In this document: positions 18,892-27,234 of the stretch, piece by piece
Layout of the letters: each line of letters starts with the position of its first letter
How positions within the stretch are numbered: position 1 is the first letter of the stretch
From: a virus
IMG/VR virus record: IMGVR_UViG_3300036886_000363
Location: 1 to 64,000 of that record
DNA: 64,000 bases
Reading direction: 5' to 3' (one strand)
Translations under genes and position numbers: made by a program
Notes under the pieces: generated by a model
Seen by the model: the letters and a program-made list of their open reading frames with translations, nothing else
Database searches by the model: none
What the model was told of the DNA's origin: nothing

Positions 18892-21800
18892 TTACTTTAC
18901 ATCTCCCAATAGTTTGATCTTGTCTGAAAAGTTTTTAATTCCTGCTTCGAAATCTTTTCTATTATTGGGATTGTGAAGAACTGCTGCAGGATGGATGCAC
19001 CAACAAATCCAGCAGCCGACCTTCTCGTTCCATTCTGTTTTGCCGCTTATTGATATTATACCCCCGTCTCGATCTGTTAATGCTTTTATTGCAGTGTTGC
19101 CAAATGCGAGTATCAGACAGGGATTGACAATCTTGATTTCTTGTTCAAGCCATTTCCAGCATGCTTTGATCTGAGTTTTATTCGGAGTTCGGCTTTTTGC
19201 AGGAAAACATTTTGCAATATTTGTAACATGAAAATCTTCCCGATATAATTCATACTTGAGAAGCTCTGGCCATAATATGTCTTTCCCTGCCCTGCCAATG
19301 AATCCATCTCCTTCTCTGTCTTCATCTGGCCCGGGAGCTTCTCCCAACGCCATGAGGTTATATTTTCCGGGAGAGGGAAGGACAGGGCCGAACTCACATT
19401 CTTTGCCGAGTTCGCAGGAACAACAATCTATTAAACCCCAGTCTACAGGGAAGAAGAATGTTTTCTCCTCTATATAATTCAGATGAGAAGCAGGGATATC
19501 CAGAGCCAGTAGTTTGTCTATATCGGGAAACATGAGATCAAGATTTCCCCTGAGCAATTTTGGATACATGAGTTTCTTATCAGTGAATACTCTGAAGGAA
19601 AAATACTTCCCGACATCTTTTGCAGGCTCATCCCCGAAGGCGCCGATCTCCGTTAACATTTTTTCCAGCTTGCTCATATTCTCTGTTCCCGTCCGGACAT
19701 TAAAGAAGCCCTGTAGTTGGTTATTGCTCCTTTTTCTTGCAGTCATACATTCAACAGCTGTCACTTCTCCAATTCCCTTGATCTCTTTGAAAGGGATATA
19801 AAGAGTATGATTTTTGGCAATCCATTTATCAGCATCGGAAACACCGACCTTTGGCAGGACAATCTTTAGTCCCAGACGATAAGCCTCTTCGATCAGCTCT
19901 ATTTTTTTTCTTGCATCTGAAGATCCATATGTCAAATTTGCACAAATAAATTCTGTCGGGTAATGATATTTAATAAAAGCAGTCCAATATCCGATCATTG
20001 CATATTCAACAGAGTGAGACCTGTTGAAAGAATAGTTGGCATGCTTTTGTAATGCAGTCCAGAATTCTTCTGCCTCTCGATCCGAGAAGGTCTTCAATTT
20101 TCGACAGCCTTCTATAAACGAATCTTTGAAGGGTTTGAACTCTTTTGCATCTCGTTTCTTGCCTATGATCTTGCGGATCTTATCGGCCGTTGCATAGGAT
20201 AGGCCGGCAACCTTATGAATGACTTCCATGATCTGCTCTTGATATGTTATGATTCCGTAGGTGTTTGCAGTGATCTCTTCATATATGGGATGTTTCTTTT
20301 CCCACCTCTCCCCTCTTTTTCTCTTGATGAAATCATCTGTCATGTGGGAATCAAATGGCCCGGGCCGGACAAGTGCAATGATATCTCCCAGAAGACTAAA
20401 ATTATCTGCTCCAATATCTTTTGCAAGTTTTGATGTCGCCCATGCACTAAATTGAAAGACACCAACATTGTTGCCCGCAGATATCTGAGCAAGGACATTT
20501 TTATCATCGAGGGGGATCTTCTCAAAAATGATATCTATACCATGATTCTGTTTGATAAGGTGTTTTGCCTCACTCAATATTGATAATGTATTCAGTCCGA
20601 GGATATCCAGTTTCATCAGCCCGACATATTCGGAGTCTTCCATATCCCAATTTGAAACAACATTTCCTGATCTCATAACGAGAGTGCATCGGGTTCCCTG
20701 AGTCAGATCATCCGCAGAGACAACAACAGCTGCGGCGTGCTGACCTGTTCCCATAACCTGCCTTTCCAGTTTGATTGCATGCTTGATGACATCTGGATAC
20801 TTGCGGGCAAATGCCTTGCCTTCCTCTGTATCTCTTATCGCTGATTCAATGATATCTTCATCTGGAGTTGTCTGGGCTGCGTTGTCTATAACTTTTGCAA
20901 ATCCGTCAACTTCTTTATTCTCGATGTCAAAGACCCGTGCGACATTTCTAATCGCTGCCCGGCCTTTCATTGTCAGGAAGGTGGATAGAGACGACACATT
21001 TTTTCTGCCATATAATTCTTCAAGGTGATCTCTGATTAAATGTCTCTTGCGATCTTCAAAATCCAGATCGATATCCGGAAGATCAATTCGTTCATCTGAT
21101 ATGAAGCGAGAAAACAAAAGGTTGAATTTAATCGGGTCGACGGTAGTGATTCCCAGCAGATAAGCAATCAGTGATCCGCCTACACTACCGCGACCCGGGC
21201 CAACCATGATATCATTCTTTCTGCACCACTCTGTTAATTCCCAGACAATCATGAAATACGGTGCGAACTTTTTGTCATGAATAATTTGCCATTCTTCAAT
21301 CAGTCGATCTTGATATTCCCTTTTTCCTTCTGGGAAAATCTCAAAGAGTTTTTCCCTACAAATATCCATGAGGAATTCTTCCGGATCAGCATTTTTATAT
21401 GCCGGAACCTTTGGCAAATAGATGTCTTGTTTCTTGATTGAGAATCCTTTGCATTTTTCTGCTATCTCTATTGTTGACTCAAGAGATTCTTGAATATCGT
21501 AATCGCTGAGGATTTCTTGTTGCCTGAAAGCATCGATCATTTCCTTTTCTGATCTCAGATGTAATCCATTGATTTCAAATTTATATCGATTTGTATCTGT
21601 CCATTTCGCCTTTGTCTGTATGGCAAGCAGTACTTCATGAGTCTGATCGTCATCGGCATTTATATAATGACAATCATTTGTAGCCACCAAACGGATATTC
21701 CAATTGTCTGCCGTCGAGACACAGAAAAGATTTGTCTGTTTTTGCCCGGCGAAATTGTGAGGCATTACTTCAAGGTAAAGATCATCTCGAAGCTTCTTAT

Positions 21801-22257
21801 TTAGATCACGGAGAAGATCGATTCCTCCCGGGAGATTGACAAAGGAGCTGTGACAGCCGGTCATGATAACCATCCCCTCACAAAATTCATAAAGCAGATC
21901 GAAGTCAATCCGGGGACGATGATAGAATCCTTCAAGATTGGCAATGGTCAGCATCTTGCACAGATTCTGGAATCCCTGCTCATTCTTTACAAGCAGGGTT
22001 ACATGCCCTCTGACCTCTTTTTCTTTGATTTCCAGCTTCTCGACGATATAGGCTTCGCATCCGAGGATTGGAATGATGTTTTGCTTTTTACAAGCTTTTT
22101 GGAATTTGATAAGACCGTCAATATTTCCATGATTTGTTAGTCCAAGATATCTCTGGTCAAGTTCTTTGGCTCTCTTGACATATCCTTCAGCCGTTCCAAA
22201 TCCATCAAGCAAACTGTATTCATCATGCACATGCAGATGACAAAAGTTATCGCTCAT
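18892..22257 (-). CDS. dnaE: DNA polymerase III alpha (PHP + Pol-C) with C-terminal family-4 uracil-DNA glycosylase domain
   Basis: HLHVHDEYSLLDG, GRGSVGGS, PDIDLD, KLDILGL, YSFNRSH; C-terminal CCSC, GEAPG, TNIAKCFP, HPAAVLH. Confidence 0.93.
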   Translation of the reverse strand: MSDNFCHLHVHDEYSLLDGFGTAEGYVKRAKELDQRYLGLTNHGNIDGLIKFQKACKKQNIIPILGCEAYIVEKLEIKEKEVRGHVTLLVKNEQGFQNLCKMLTIANLEGFYHRPRIDFDLLYEFCEGMVIMTGCHSSFVNLPGGIDLLRDLNKKLRDDLYLEVMPHNFAGQKQTNLFCVSTADNWNIRLVATNDCHYINADDDQTHEVLLAIQTKAKWTDTNRYKFEINGLHLRSEKEMIDAFRQQEILSDYDIQESLESTIEIAEKCKGFSIKKQDIYLPKVPAYKNADPEEFLMDICREKLFEIFPEGKREYQDRLIEEWQIIHDKKFAPYFMIVWELTEWCRKNDIMVGPGRGSVGGSLIAYLLGITTVDPIKFNLLFSRFISDERIDLPDIDLDFEDRKRHLIRDHLEELYGRKNVSSLSTFLTMKGRAAIRNVARVFDIENKEVDGFAKVIDNAAQTTPDEDIIESAIRDTEEGKAFARKYPDVIKHAIKLERQVMGTGQHAAAVVVSADDLTQGTRCTLVMRSGNVVSNWDMEDSEYVGLMKLDILGLNTLSILSEAKHLIKQNHGIDIIFEKIPLDDKNVLAQISAGNNVGVFQFSAWATSKLAKDIGADNFSLLGDIIALVRPGPFDSHMTDDFIKRKRGERWEKKHPIYEEITANTYGIITYQEQIMEVIHKVAGLSYATADKIRKIIGKKRDAKEFKPFKDSFIEGCRKLKTFSDREAEEFWTALQKHANYSFNRSHSVEYAMIGYWTAFIKYHYPTEFICANLTYGSSDARKKIELIEEAYRLGLKIVLPKVGVSDADKWIAKNHTLYIPFKEIKGIGEVTAVECMTARKRSNNQLQGFFNVRTGTENMSKLEKMLTEIGAFGDEPAKDVGKYFSFRVFTDKKLMYPKLLRGNLDLMFPDIDKLLALDIPASHLNYIEEKTFFFPVDWGLIDCCSCELGKECEFGPVLPSPGKYNLMALGEAPGPDEDREGDGFIGRAGKDILWPELLKYELYREDFHVTNIAKCFPAKSRTPNKTQIKACWKWLEQEIKIVNPCLILAFGNTAIKALTDRDGGIISISGKTEWNEKVGCWICWCIHPAAVLHNPNNRKDFEAGIKNFSDKIKLLGDVK

Positions 22258-22416
22258 CGATTCTCTCTTTCTTGATTTGTTCTAATCGATATTTGAATTC
22301 ATCTTGGAATTCTCCACCGATGCAAGAATAATGAAGGTGTAAAGGCGGTCAGCCTGATAACCCATAAGTGTCTTCTCACGAGGAACGGTTATATTTCCTG
22401 CCAAGTAGATTTTCAT
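22247..22416 (-). pseudogene. DpdA-N-terminus-like mini-ORF, copy 5 (44 aa to TAG at 22282; 56 aa with a -1 shift)
   Basis: MKIYLAGNITVPREKTLMGYQADRLYTF; the -1 frame continues HYSCIGGEFQDEFKYRLEQIKKERIDER and overlaps the dnaE start. Confidence 0.5.
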
Positions 22417-22580
22417 TGTTTACTACATCCCAGAGCATAGAAGGCTCCAACCGATGATATGATTATTCCAAGAACGTACTTGCCGGGAAATTCAGGAGCA
22501 AAACTAACCAAAGTTAATCCTGCAAACATAGCTATCGTTCCGAGTGCTTCTTTTTGATATGGAGATATTTTTGTTTTCAT
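22413..22580 (-). CDS. small two-TM membrane protein (55 aa)
   Basis: Manual translation MKTKISPYQKEALGTIAMFAGLTLVSFAPEFPGKYVLGIIISSVGAFYALGCSKQ. Confidence 0.5.
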   Translation of the reverse strand: MKTKISPYQKEALGTIAMFAGLTLVSFAPEFPGKYVLGIIISSVGAFYALGCSKQ

Positions 22581-22587
22581 AATTTTC

Positions 22588-22775
22588 TGGAGGAGACGGG
22601 CATCTTCGGAAGCCTTTCACAATCAGGATATAACCGGCATCTGACTGCTCTTTGAAGCGCATACTATTTTGGAGCATAGACATAGCCTTATTAGTCGCTC
22701 CCCGGTCACTATTAGATGTTTTCAGACCGTCTCGCTATCGCTCCCACTCAAAGTAGTTTTTCTTGTCCCGTCTCC
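22588..22775 (-). ncRNA. putative 188-nt structured RNA ending in UCCA
   Basis: 5' GGAGACGGG pairs with 3' CCCGUCUCC followed by UCCA; nested internal stems; no long ORF. Confidence 0.5.
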
Positions 22776-22782
22776 ATCTGTC

Positions 22783-22856
22783 TGGAGGCGGTGAAGGAGG
22801 GTCACAGTTTTCCTCCTGCTGTAACAGGATTTGCTCCGCATCTCCCTCCCACCGCC
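22783..22856 (-). ncRNA. putative 74-nt tRNA-like RNA ending in UCCA (non-canonical)
   Basis: GGCGGUG/CACCGCC 7-bp acceptor-like stem plus UCCA, extended by GGAGGG/CCCUCC; no T-psi-C loop. Confidence 0.5.
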
Positions 22857-22864
22857 ATAAAATT

Positions 22865-23884
22865 TTAACCCGGTTTGAGAGCCATTAGGTGCTGGAAATT
22901 CCCGGCATCAAATAAGGCTCGATTGTCTTTGTAGATCATCTTGGAGCTGTGTTCAAGTATCTTCAAGAGGAACATTGGATTAATCGAGAAGATGATCTTG
23001 TCATGAGAGGATATGATGTCTGTTTCATTTTCGATCTCGCCGACCTCACTCTTGCCGCGACACCTGATTTTATTCTTCTCAATCTCGATCTCCACAAGTT
23101 TATCAGTATCAAATTCCCCTTCTGTAAGAATCGCAGCTGTCTCAATCATTGCCCCGATATCTTTTGGCAGATCAATCTGAAGCCCCTCAAAGTTTTCAAA
23201 ATACTTTGAGTAGTCATTGAATTTGCCTTCGACCATCCGGCAACAAAAGAGGACATCATCTTTTGTTGCGAAGAATGCCCATCCTCCGGTGACACAATAA
23301 TCGACTACCGGAAATTTGATAAGCTCTGTGATCGCAGTTGCCGGGATCAGGATCGAACAATTCATTGCCTTCTTCATCTTGTATTGGCTGATCCTGAGAT
23401 CATCGGAAGACATTATATAATCGTCTTCAATGAGCAGACAGGTCAATGATGGGTGGCTCATGTCTTTGGAAGCCGAGAAGGAACACAGCTCCGCGCCGGC
23501 GACAAAATCTTCCGGCAATGGTTCCAGTTTCTTCATGATCGCTCCCAGCTCCAGAGTCTTTATCATATCGAGGACCTTCTCTCCAGATGAAGTGGCAAGG
23601 CTCGCTTTTGTCTTCGCACTCTTGATCTTCAATTTGTCCTCTTCAAGGGTTAGTTCGACATCCTCAGCCGACATCCCTGCCATGATCTTATAGAATTCAT
23701 TGGCAGAGATCGAGCATTTAAAATCTGAATCGAAGGGGTGGATAATACAAATCTGATCGTTGTATGTCATAACATCCTGGCCAGTAAAAATGAAATGTGT
23801 TGCCGCCTCGACGATCTCACGGCGGGCTAATCCGGGTTTTATTGCTGTTAGAGCTTTTACTAATTCTCCCCTTTTTACTTTCAT
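22865..23884 (-). CDS. dnaN: DNA polymerase III beta sliding clamp-like protein
   Basis: About 340 aa; ELVKAL N-terminus, SDDLRI, RMVEGKFNDY, C-terminal LMALK resemble the clamp; next to dnaE. Confidence 0.75.
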   Translation of the reverse strand: MKVKRGELVKALTAIKPGLARREIVEAATHFIFTGQDVMTYNDQICIIHPFDSDFKCSISANEFYKIMAGMSAEDVELTLEEDKLKIKSAKTKASLATSSGEKVLDMIKTLELGAIMKKLEPLPEDFVAGAELCSFSASKDMSHPSLTCLLIEDDYIMSSDDLRISQYKMKKAMNCSILIPATAITELIKFPVVDYCVTGGWAFFATKDDVLFCCRMVEGKFNDYSKYFENFEGLQIDLPKDIGAMIETAAILTEGEFDTDKLVEIEIEKNKIRCRGKSEVGEIENETDIISSHDKIIFSINPMFLLKILEHSSKMIYKDNRALFDAGNFQHLMALKPG

Positions 23885-23901
23885 AACTCCTCCCTTTATT
23901 A

Positions 23902-24708
23902 TTATTGGCTGGCAAAAACCGATTGCCATCCTTCCCTATCTTTATTTGTTCTACCATGACATGGATGACACAATGTAATAAAATTATCAAAACAGTCGTT
24001 TTTCTTATCATAATCTATATGATGAATGACCAATCCTTGTTTCAAAAGCATCCCTTCTAATTCATTTTCATGAACAAAACATAACTGACATGCATTCCCA
24101 TCCCTATCTTTTATTATTTTTTTTAAGTTTCTTGACCAATTTTGAGAATATGGTTCTTTTGAAATGCCTCCTTGCCAATTAGAATTATTTTCTCCAGTAT
24201 GTTTTTTCTTAACTTCAGGTTTGTTTTGAGCTATTTTCATGTTTGCTTTTGCTTCTTCTGATTTTGGTTTCCTCATGTTTTGTTTTGCTTCTTCTGATTT
24301 TGGTTTCCTCATGTTTTGTTTTGCTTCTTCTGACCGCCTTTGCCCAAAATTACCTTCTTTTATTTTATTCCTCGTTTCCTTAGAACAACGTTTAATTCTC
24401 GCATCAGTTTCAGCGGTTAATCCCTTTTTTGAAGAAATTAATCCTTTTCTTGATTTTCCACTATTTTTACCATATGCAGCAACTCTTTTGTCCGTCTCTT
24501 TTGTAAATCCTTTATTCCAAGGTATTTGAGATCCTTTCATTCCTTTATTCCAAGGAGTCCGTCCCAAATTATGAGAATTTCCTTTTGTGTGATGATTATG
24601 AATATATATGTTCCAATTATAAGGAGGAATTTTACTTCTCTCAACAGGATATCCACAATTACATTTACATAAAGGAGGTATATTTTGAGACTCTCGCTTG
24701 ACTTTCAT
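23902..24708 (-). CDS. HNH homing endonuclease with NUMOD-like repeats
   Basis: LCKCNCG, PWNKG repeats, NSNWQGG, CQLC...VIHHIDYDKKND...LCHPCH; AT-rich. Confidence 0.85.
   Translation of the reverse strand: MKVKRESQNIPPLCKCNCGYPVERSKIPPYNWNIYIHNHHTKGNSHNLGRTPWNKGMKGSQIPWNKGFTKETDKRVAAYGKNSGKSRKGLISSKKGLTAETDARIKRCSKETRNKIKEGNFGQRRSEEAKQNMRKPKSEEAKQNMRKPKSEEAKANMKIAQNKPEVKKKHTGENNSNWQGGISKEPYSQNWSRNLKKIIKDRDGNACQLCFVHENELEGMLLKQGLVIHHIDYDKKNDCFDNFITLCHPCHGRTNKDREGWQSVFASQ
24236..24332. repeat. 36-bp tandem coding repeat (KPKSEEAKQNMR), about 2.7 copies
   Basis: tttgcttcttctgattttggtttcctcatgttttg recurs with a 36-bp period. Confidence 0.8.
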
Positions 24709-24878
24709 TTCTTCCTCCTTAGTTTTGATGATGCGATTCCTGTTGTAACATATTCCGGCAGATATTCCTTCTGCAGGTCTTTCAAATGGAAATAGGAATA
24801 GAGCCTGCTCTTGACTGATTGTTTGGTGAGGACGACCGCTTGATTATCCTCCATCCATGTTGCGAAGTAGACTTTCAC
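24705..24878 (-). CDS. DpdA-N-terminus-like mini-ORF, copy 4 (57 aa, GTG start)
   Basis: MKVYFATWMEDNQAVVLTKQSVKSRLYSYFHL...; GTGA overlap with copy 3. Confidence 0.6.
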   Translation of the reverse strand: MKVYFATWMEDNQAVVLTKQSVKSRLYSYFHLKDLQKEYLPEYVTTGIASSKLRRKK

Positions 24879-25042
24879 TTCTTCTTCCTTTTTATCTTCT
24901 TTATCTTCTTCCAGATATGGAGAACCCGGCGACATTGATTCTTTGGATCGAGGGCATAGGAAAACATACGATATAACACTCCTGATTTTCTCAGTTGATT
25001 TGAATATTTTGGCTCGCCGCCTCCGACAAAGTAGATTTTCAT
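24875..25042 (-). CDS. DpdA-N-terminus-like mini-ORF, copy 3 (55 aa)
   Basis: MKIYFVGGGEPKYSNQLRKSGVLYRMFSYALDPKNQCRRVLHIWKKIKKIKRKKK. Confidence 0.6.
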   Translation of the reverse strand: MKIYFVGGGEPKYSNQLRKSGVLYRMFSYALDPKNQCRRVLHIWKKIKKIKRKKK

Positions 25043-25192
25043 TTATACCTTTTTATAAGATGTTCCCATTCAGCTTTGCCATCTCCAGTTTGGATTTCAA
25101 AAAAGCTGACGAGTTTTGGTTATATACTTCATCCAAATTTCAAGTCTTCCAATATTTTGAATTCCTGACATCCCCGCAAAGTAGATTTTCAT
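25039..25192 (-). pseudogene. DpdA-N-terminus-like mini-ORF, copy 2 (31 aa to TGA at 25097; about 50 aa with a +1 shift)
   Basis: MKIYFAGMSGIQNIGRLEIWMKYITK; the +1 frame at ACC-AAA-A gives LVSFFEIQTGDGKAEWEHLIKRYK ending in an ATGA overlap with copy 3. Confidence 0.5.
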
Positions 25193-26139
25193 TTGAAGCC
25201 GAAGCCTTCCACCTTCTTGATCTTGAAAGCCCATGGCCATGGAGGCAGATTGTCCTGGAGATCGAGAAAGTATATGATATTCAGTTCATCTCTGAGACGA
25301 TAGTCATTGCTCAATCCGGCTGTCTTAATTAATTCTATGATCCCGTCTTCTTTCCAAGCCGTGATCGGTTTATATCCCATGCCCATCTCGACATATTCTC
25401 TCTGGGCGTCTGCAAGCTCTTTCCCATACCAGCGCTCGCCTTCTTTAGGTTTGTAAGTTTTGGGATCTTCCTGCCGGAACTCACTTTCACCCATCTCAAA
25501 TCCTTTGGCCATAAAGTACTCGAGGATTTCTTTCTGCTCCATCTGAGAATATGTCGAGAAGTGCTGTCCTTCCTCTTTGTCTTTAGGAGATCGATTGGAG
25601 ACATTGATCGTCATCGAGTTCTGCATATAATCATACTTGCCCATTTTTTTCTTTGGGACATAGACAGCTCCGAAGCGCCCGGTCAAAACCCAACTTGTCG
25701 AATCAACAGAATACCATGGAAATCTGAGCATGAGATCAAGAGAGGTCATACCAAAGCCATGGATTTTGACTTTTGGCATTCCCTTGTCGTCACAGATAAA
25801 TTTGGAGAAGAGATTGTCGAGCCATTCTATTAATGAGACATTAGGGATCGGGACCATGCCTCCCAGAGAGACATAATCATAATTGTCCAGGTAATTTGTG
25901 AGGTAGTTTAAAGGCTCGCCATAGTGAAAGCAGGGAATCGGCTTCAATCCGGCATCCTCCATGATCTTCTGATTCTTTAATGTCTGGACGGGATCACCGA
26001 TTGCATCAAGGACAGAATAGTGATCGAGATAATCAATGTGATCCTTGATGAATTGGATATACTCTTGAATATTGATCTCGATCTTTTTTGACCATGCAGA
26101 GTATGCACCCGAGTCTAAAAACAATTCCACCTTTTTCAT
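25189..26139 (-). CDS. dpdA: DpdA-like tRNA-guanine-transglycosylase-family DNA deazaguanine-inserting enzyme
   Basis: LFLDSGAYS, VLDAIGD, PCFH, LGGMV, KIHGFG, SVDSTSW TGT-barrel motifs; directly downstream of queC-folE; frame is open upstream to 26307. Confidence 0.75.
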   Translation of the reverse strand: MKKVELFLDSGAYSAWSKKIEINIQEYIQFIKDHIDYLDHYSVLDAIGDPVQTLKNQKIMEDAGLKPIPCFHYGEPLNYLTNYLDNYDYVSLGGMVPIPNVSLIEWLDNLFSKFICDDKGMPKVKIHGFGMTSLDLMLRFPWYSVDSTSWVLTGRFGAVYVPKKKMGKYDYMQNSMTINVSNRSPKDKEEGQHFSTYSQMEQKEILEYFMAKGFEMGESEFRQEDPKTYKPKEGERWYGKELADAQREYVEMGMGYKPITAWKEDGIIELIKTAGLSNDYRLRDELNIIYFLDLQDNLPPWPWAFKIKKVEGFGFK

Positions 26140-26200
26140 TTTGCCTCTTTCGTAGACCTCCCAAAGTTTTGTCGCTGGTTGGAGCTTACCTACTTCAATG

Positions 26201-26320
26201 CTATAATATGACATAAGTCTTGATGTCATACCGACACTTGCCATCCATCTTTCTTTCAAGCAAATCGATTTCGGCAACTCCACCCGGACGATCTGCATAT
26301 GAAGCAAGATAGAGTTTCAT
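26201..26320 (-). CDS. DpdA-N-terminus-like mini-ORF, copy 1 (39 aa; a +1 shift fuses it to dpdA)
   Basis: MKLYLASYADRPGGVAEIDLL...; ATGA overlap with folE stop; the +1 frame reads ERWMASVGMTSRLMSYY...MKKVELFLDSG. Confidence 0.55.
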   Translation of the reverse strand: MKLYLASYADRPGGVAEIDLLERKMDGKCRYDIKTYVIL

Positions 26321-27234
26321 CTTTGTATCCTTGCCATGAATTCATCTTTGCAACCGTTCCGATTTTCCGCAAAGTATCCCCGAACGGCGATGGGTTCATA
26401 AGGGGAATTCCACTTTTTGACTCCTCTCATCTCTTTGCAAAGATGCCGGGCCTTCATGACCAGTACTTGCCCGAGTGGCTTTGTCACTTCTTCAAAATAG
26501 TCAACAACATTATTTATCAATCTCTCTGCAATTTGAAGTCTCCCAGAATAATAGTCAATGACCCGCGCGATCTTGCTTGTTCCCATGATCCATTTATCTG
26601 GAATGTAAGCATAATAATATTCTCCGAAGAAAGGAATCATGTGATGTTCACAATAAGAAAAGAAGTATCCTGAGTCAATGAGCATCTCATTATAAATGAC
26701 TCCATCGATGCCATTTTCAAAAAGAGTTACTTTTGGCATGCGGGCAGGATCATAAGCGCAGAAGAATTCATTATACATCTTTGCGATTCTCTGGGGAGTA
26801 TCTTTGAGCCCGGGCCGATCAGGATCTTCTCCGATAAATTCGAGGATGCGGACAATGTTATCTTCGATGGTGGAATCTGCATCACTGACTTCCCAGAAGT
26901 ATTGAATCCAACCATCAACTTGATTTGCATGATAGGTTGGCAAGGAATCTATAGGAGTTGTTGATTTGATATGCAGGCAGGCAAAATCGTGTTGTGAATA
27001 TCTCTTTCTTGTCTGCCCACTATCAACAACATCATCGACAACAAGAGTCTCTCCCACCCATGCGATTTCTGTCATTGGAATTTGTAATAGATGAGACAGA
27101 TCTATCGCCAATGGGATTCCTCCCCGTGGAACACCATAGATATTTTTGTATGTTCCCCCTGCCTGCATGATTTGCTGTGCAAGCTTTGCCGCATCTCTAT
27201 AAAAGTCGTCCAGACTATAGATAATGTCTATCAT
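26317..27234 (-). CDS. folE: type I phosphoribosyltransferase domain fused to GTP cyclohydrolase I
   Basis: N-terminal GVPRGG, LVVDDVVDSGQT, WIQYFWE; C-terminal GEDPDRPGLKDTPQR, CEHHMIPF, SKIAR, RLQIAERL, HLCKEMRGV. Confidence 0.9.
   Translation of the reverse strand: MIDIIYSLDDFYRDAAKLAQQIMQAGGTYKNIYGVPRGGIPLAIDLSHLLQIPMTEIAWVGETLVVDDVVDSGQTRKRYSQHDFACLHIKSTTPIDSLPTYHANQVDGWIQYFWEVSDADSTIEDNIVRILEFIGEDPDRPGLKDTPQRIAKMYNEFFCAYDPARMPKVTLFENGIDGVIYNEMLIDSGYFFSYCEHHMIPFFGEYYYAYIPDKWIMGTSKIARVIDYYSGRLQIAERLINNVVDYFEEVTKPLGQVLVMKARHLCKEMRGVKKWNSPYEPIAVRGYFAENRNGCKDEFMARIQR

Noticed and set aside
22588-22856. Canonical tRNA or tmRNA (one- or two-piece)
   Set aside because: No T-psi-C (GTTC) loop or proper D arm, no G3-U70 pair, the discriminator is U rather than A, and no tag ORF; kept only as non-canonical RNA candidates.
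24236-24332. CRISPR-like array
   Set aside because: The 36-bp units are contiguous with no unique spacers and encode KPKSEEAKQNMR inside the HNH gene; no cas genes.
25189-26307. dpdA start at TTG 26307 as given in the ORF track
   Set aside because: No RBS, and the first ~17 residues look non-homologous. The coupled ATG at 26320 is in another frame, and an ATG with an RBS exists at 26139.
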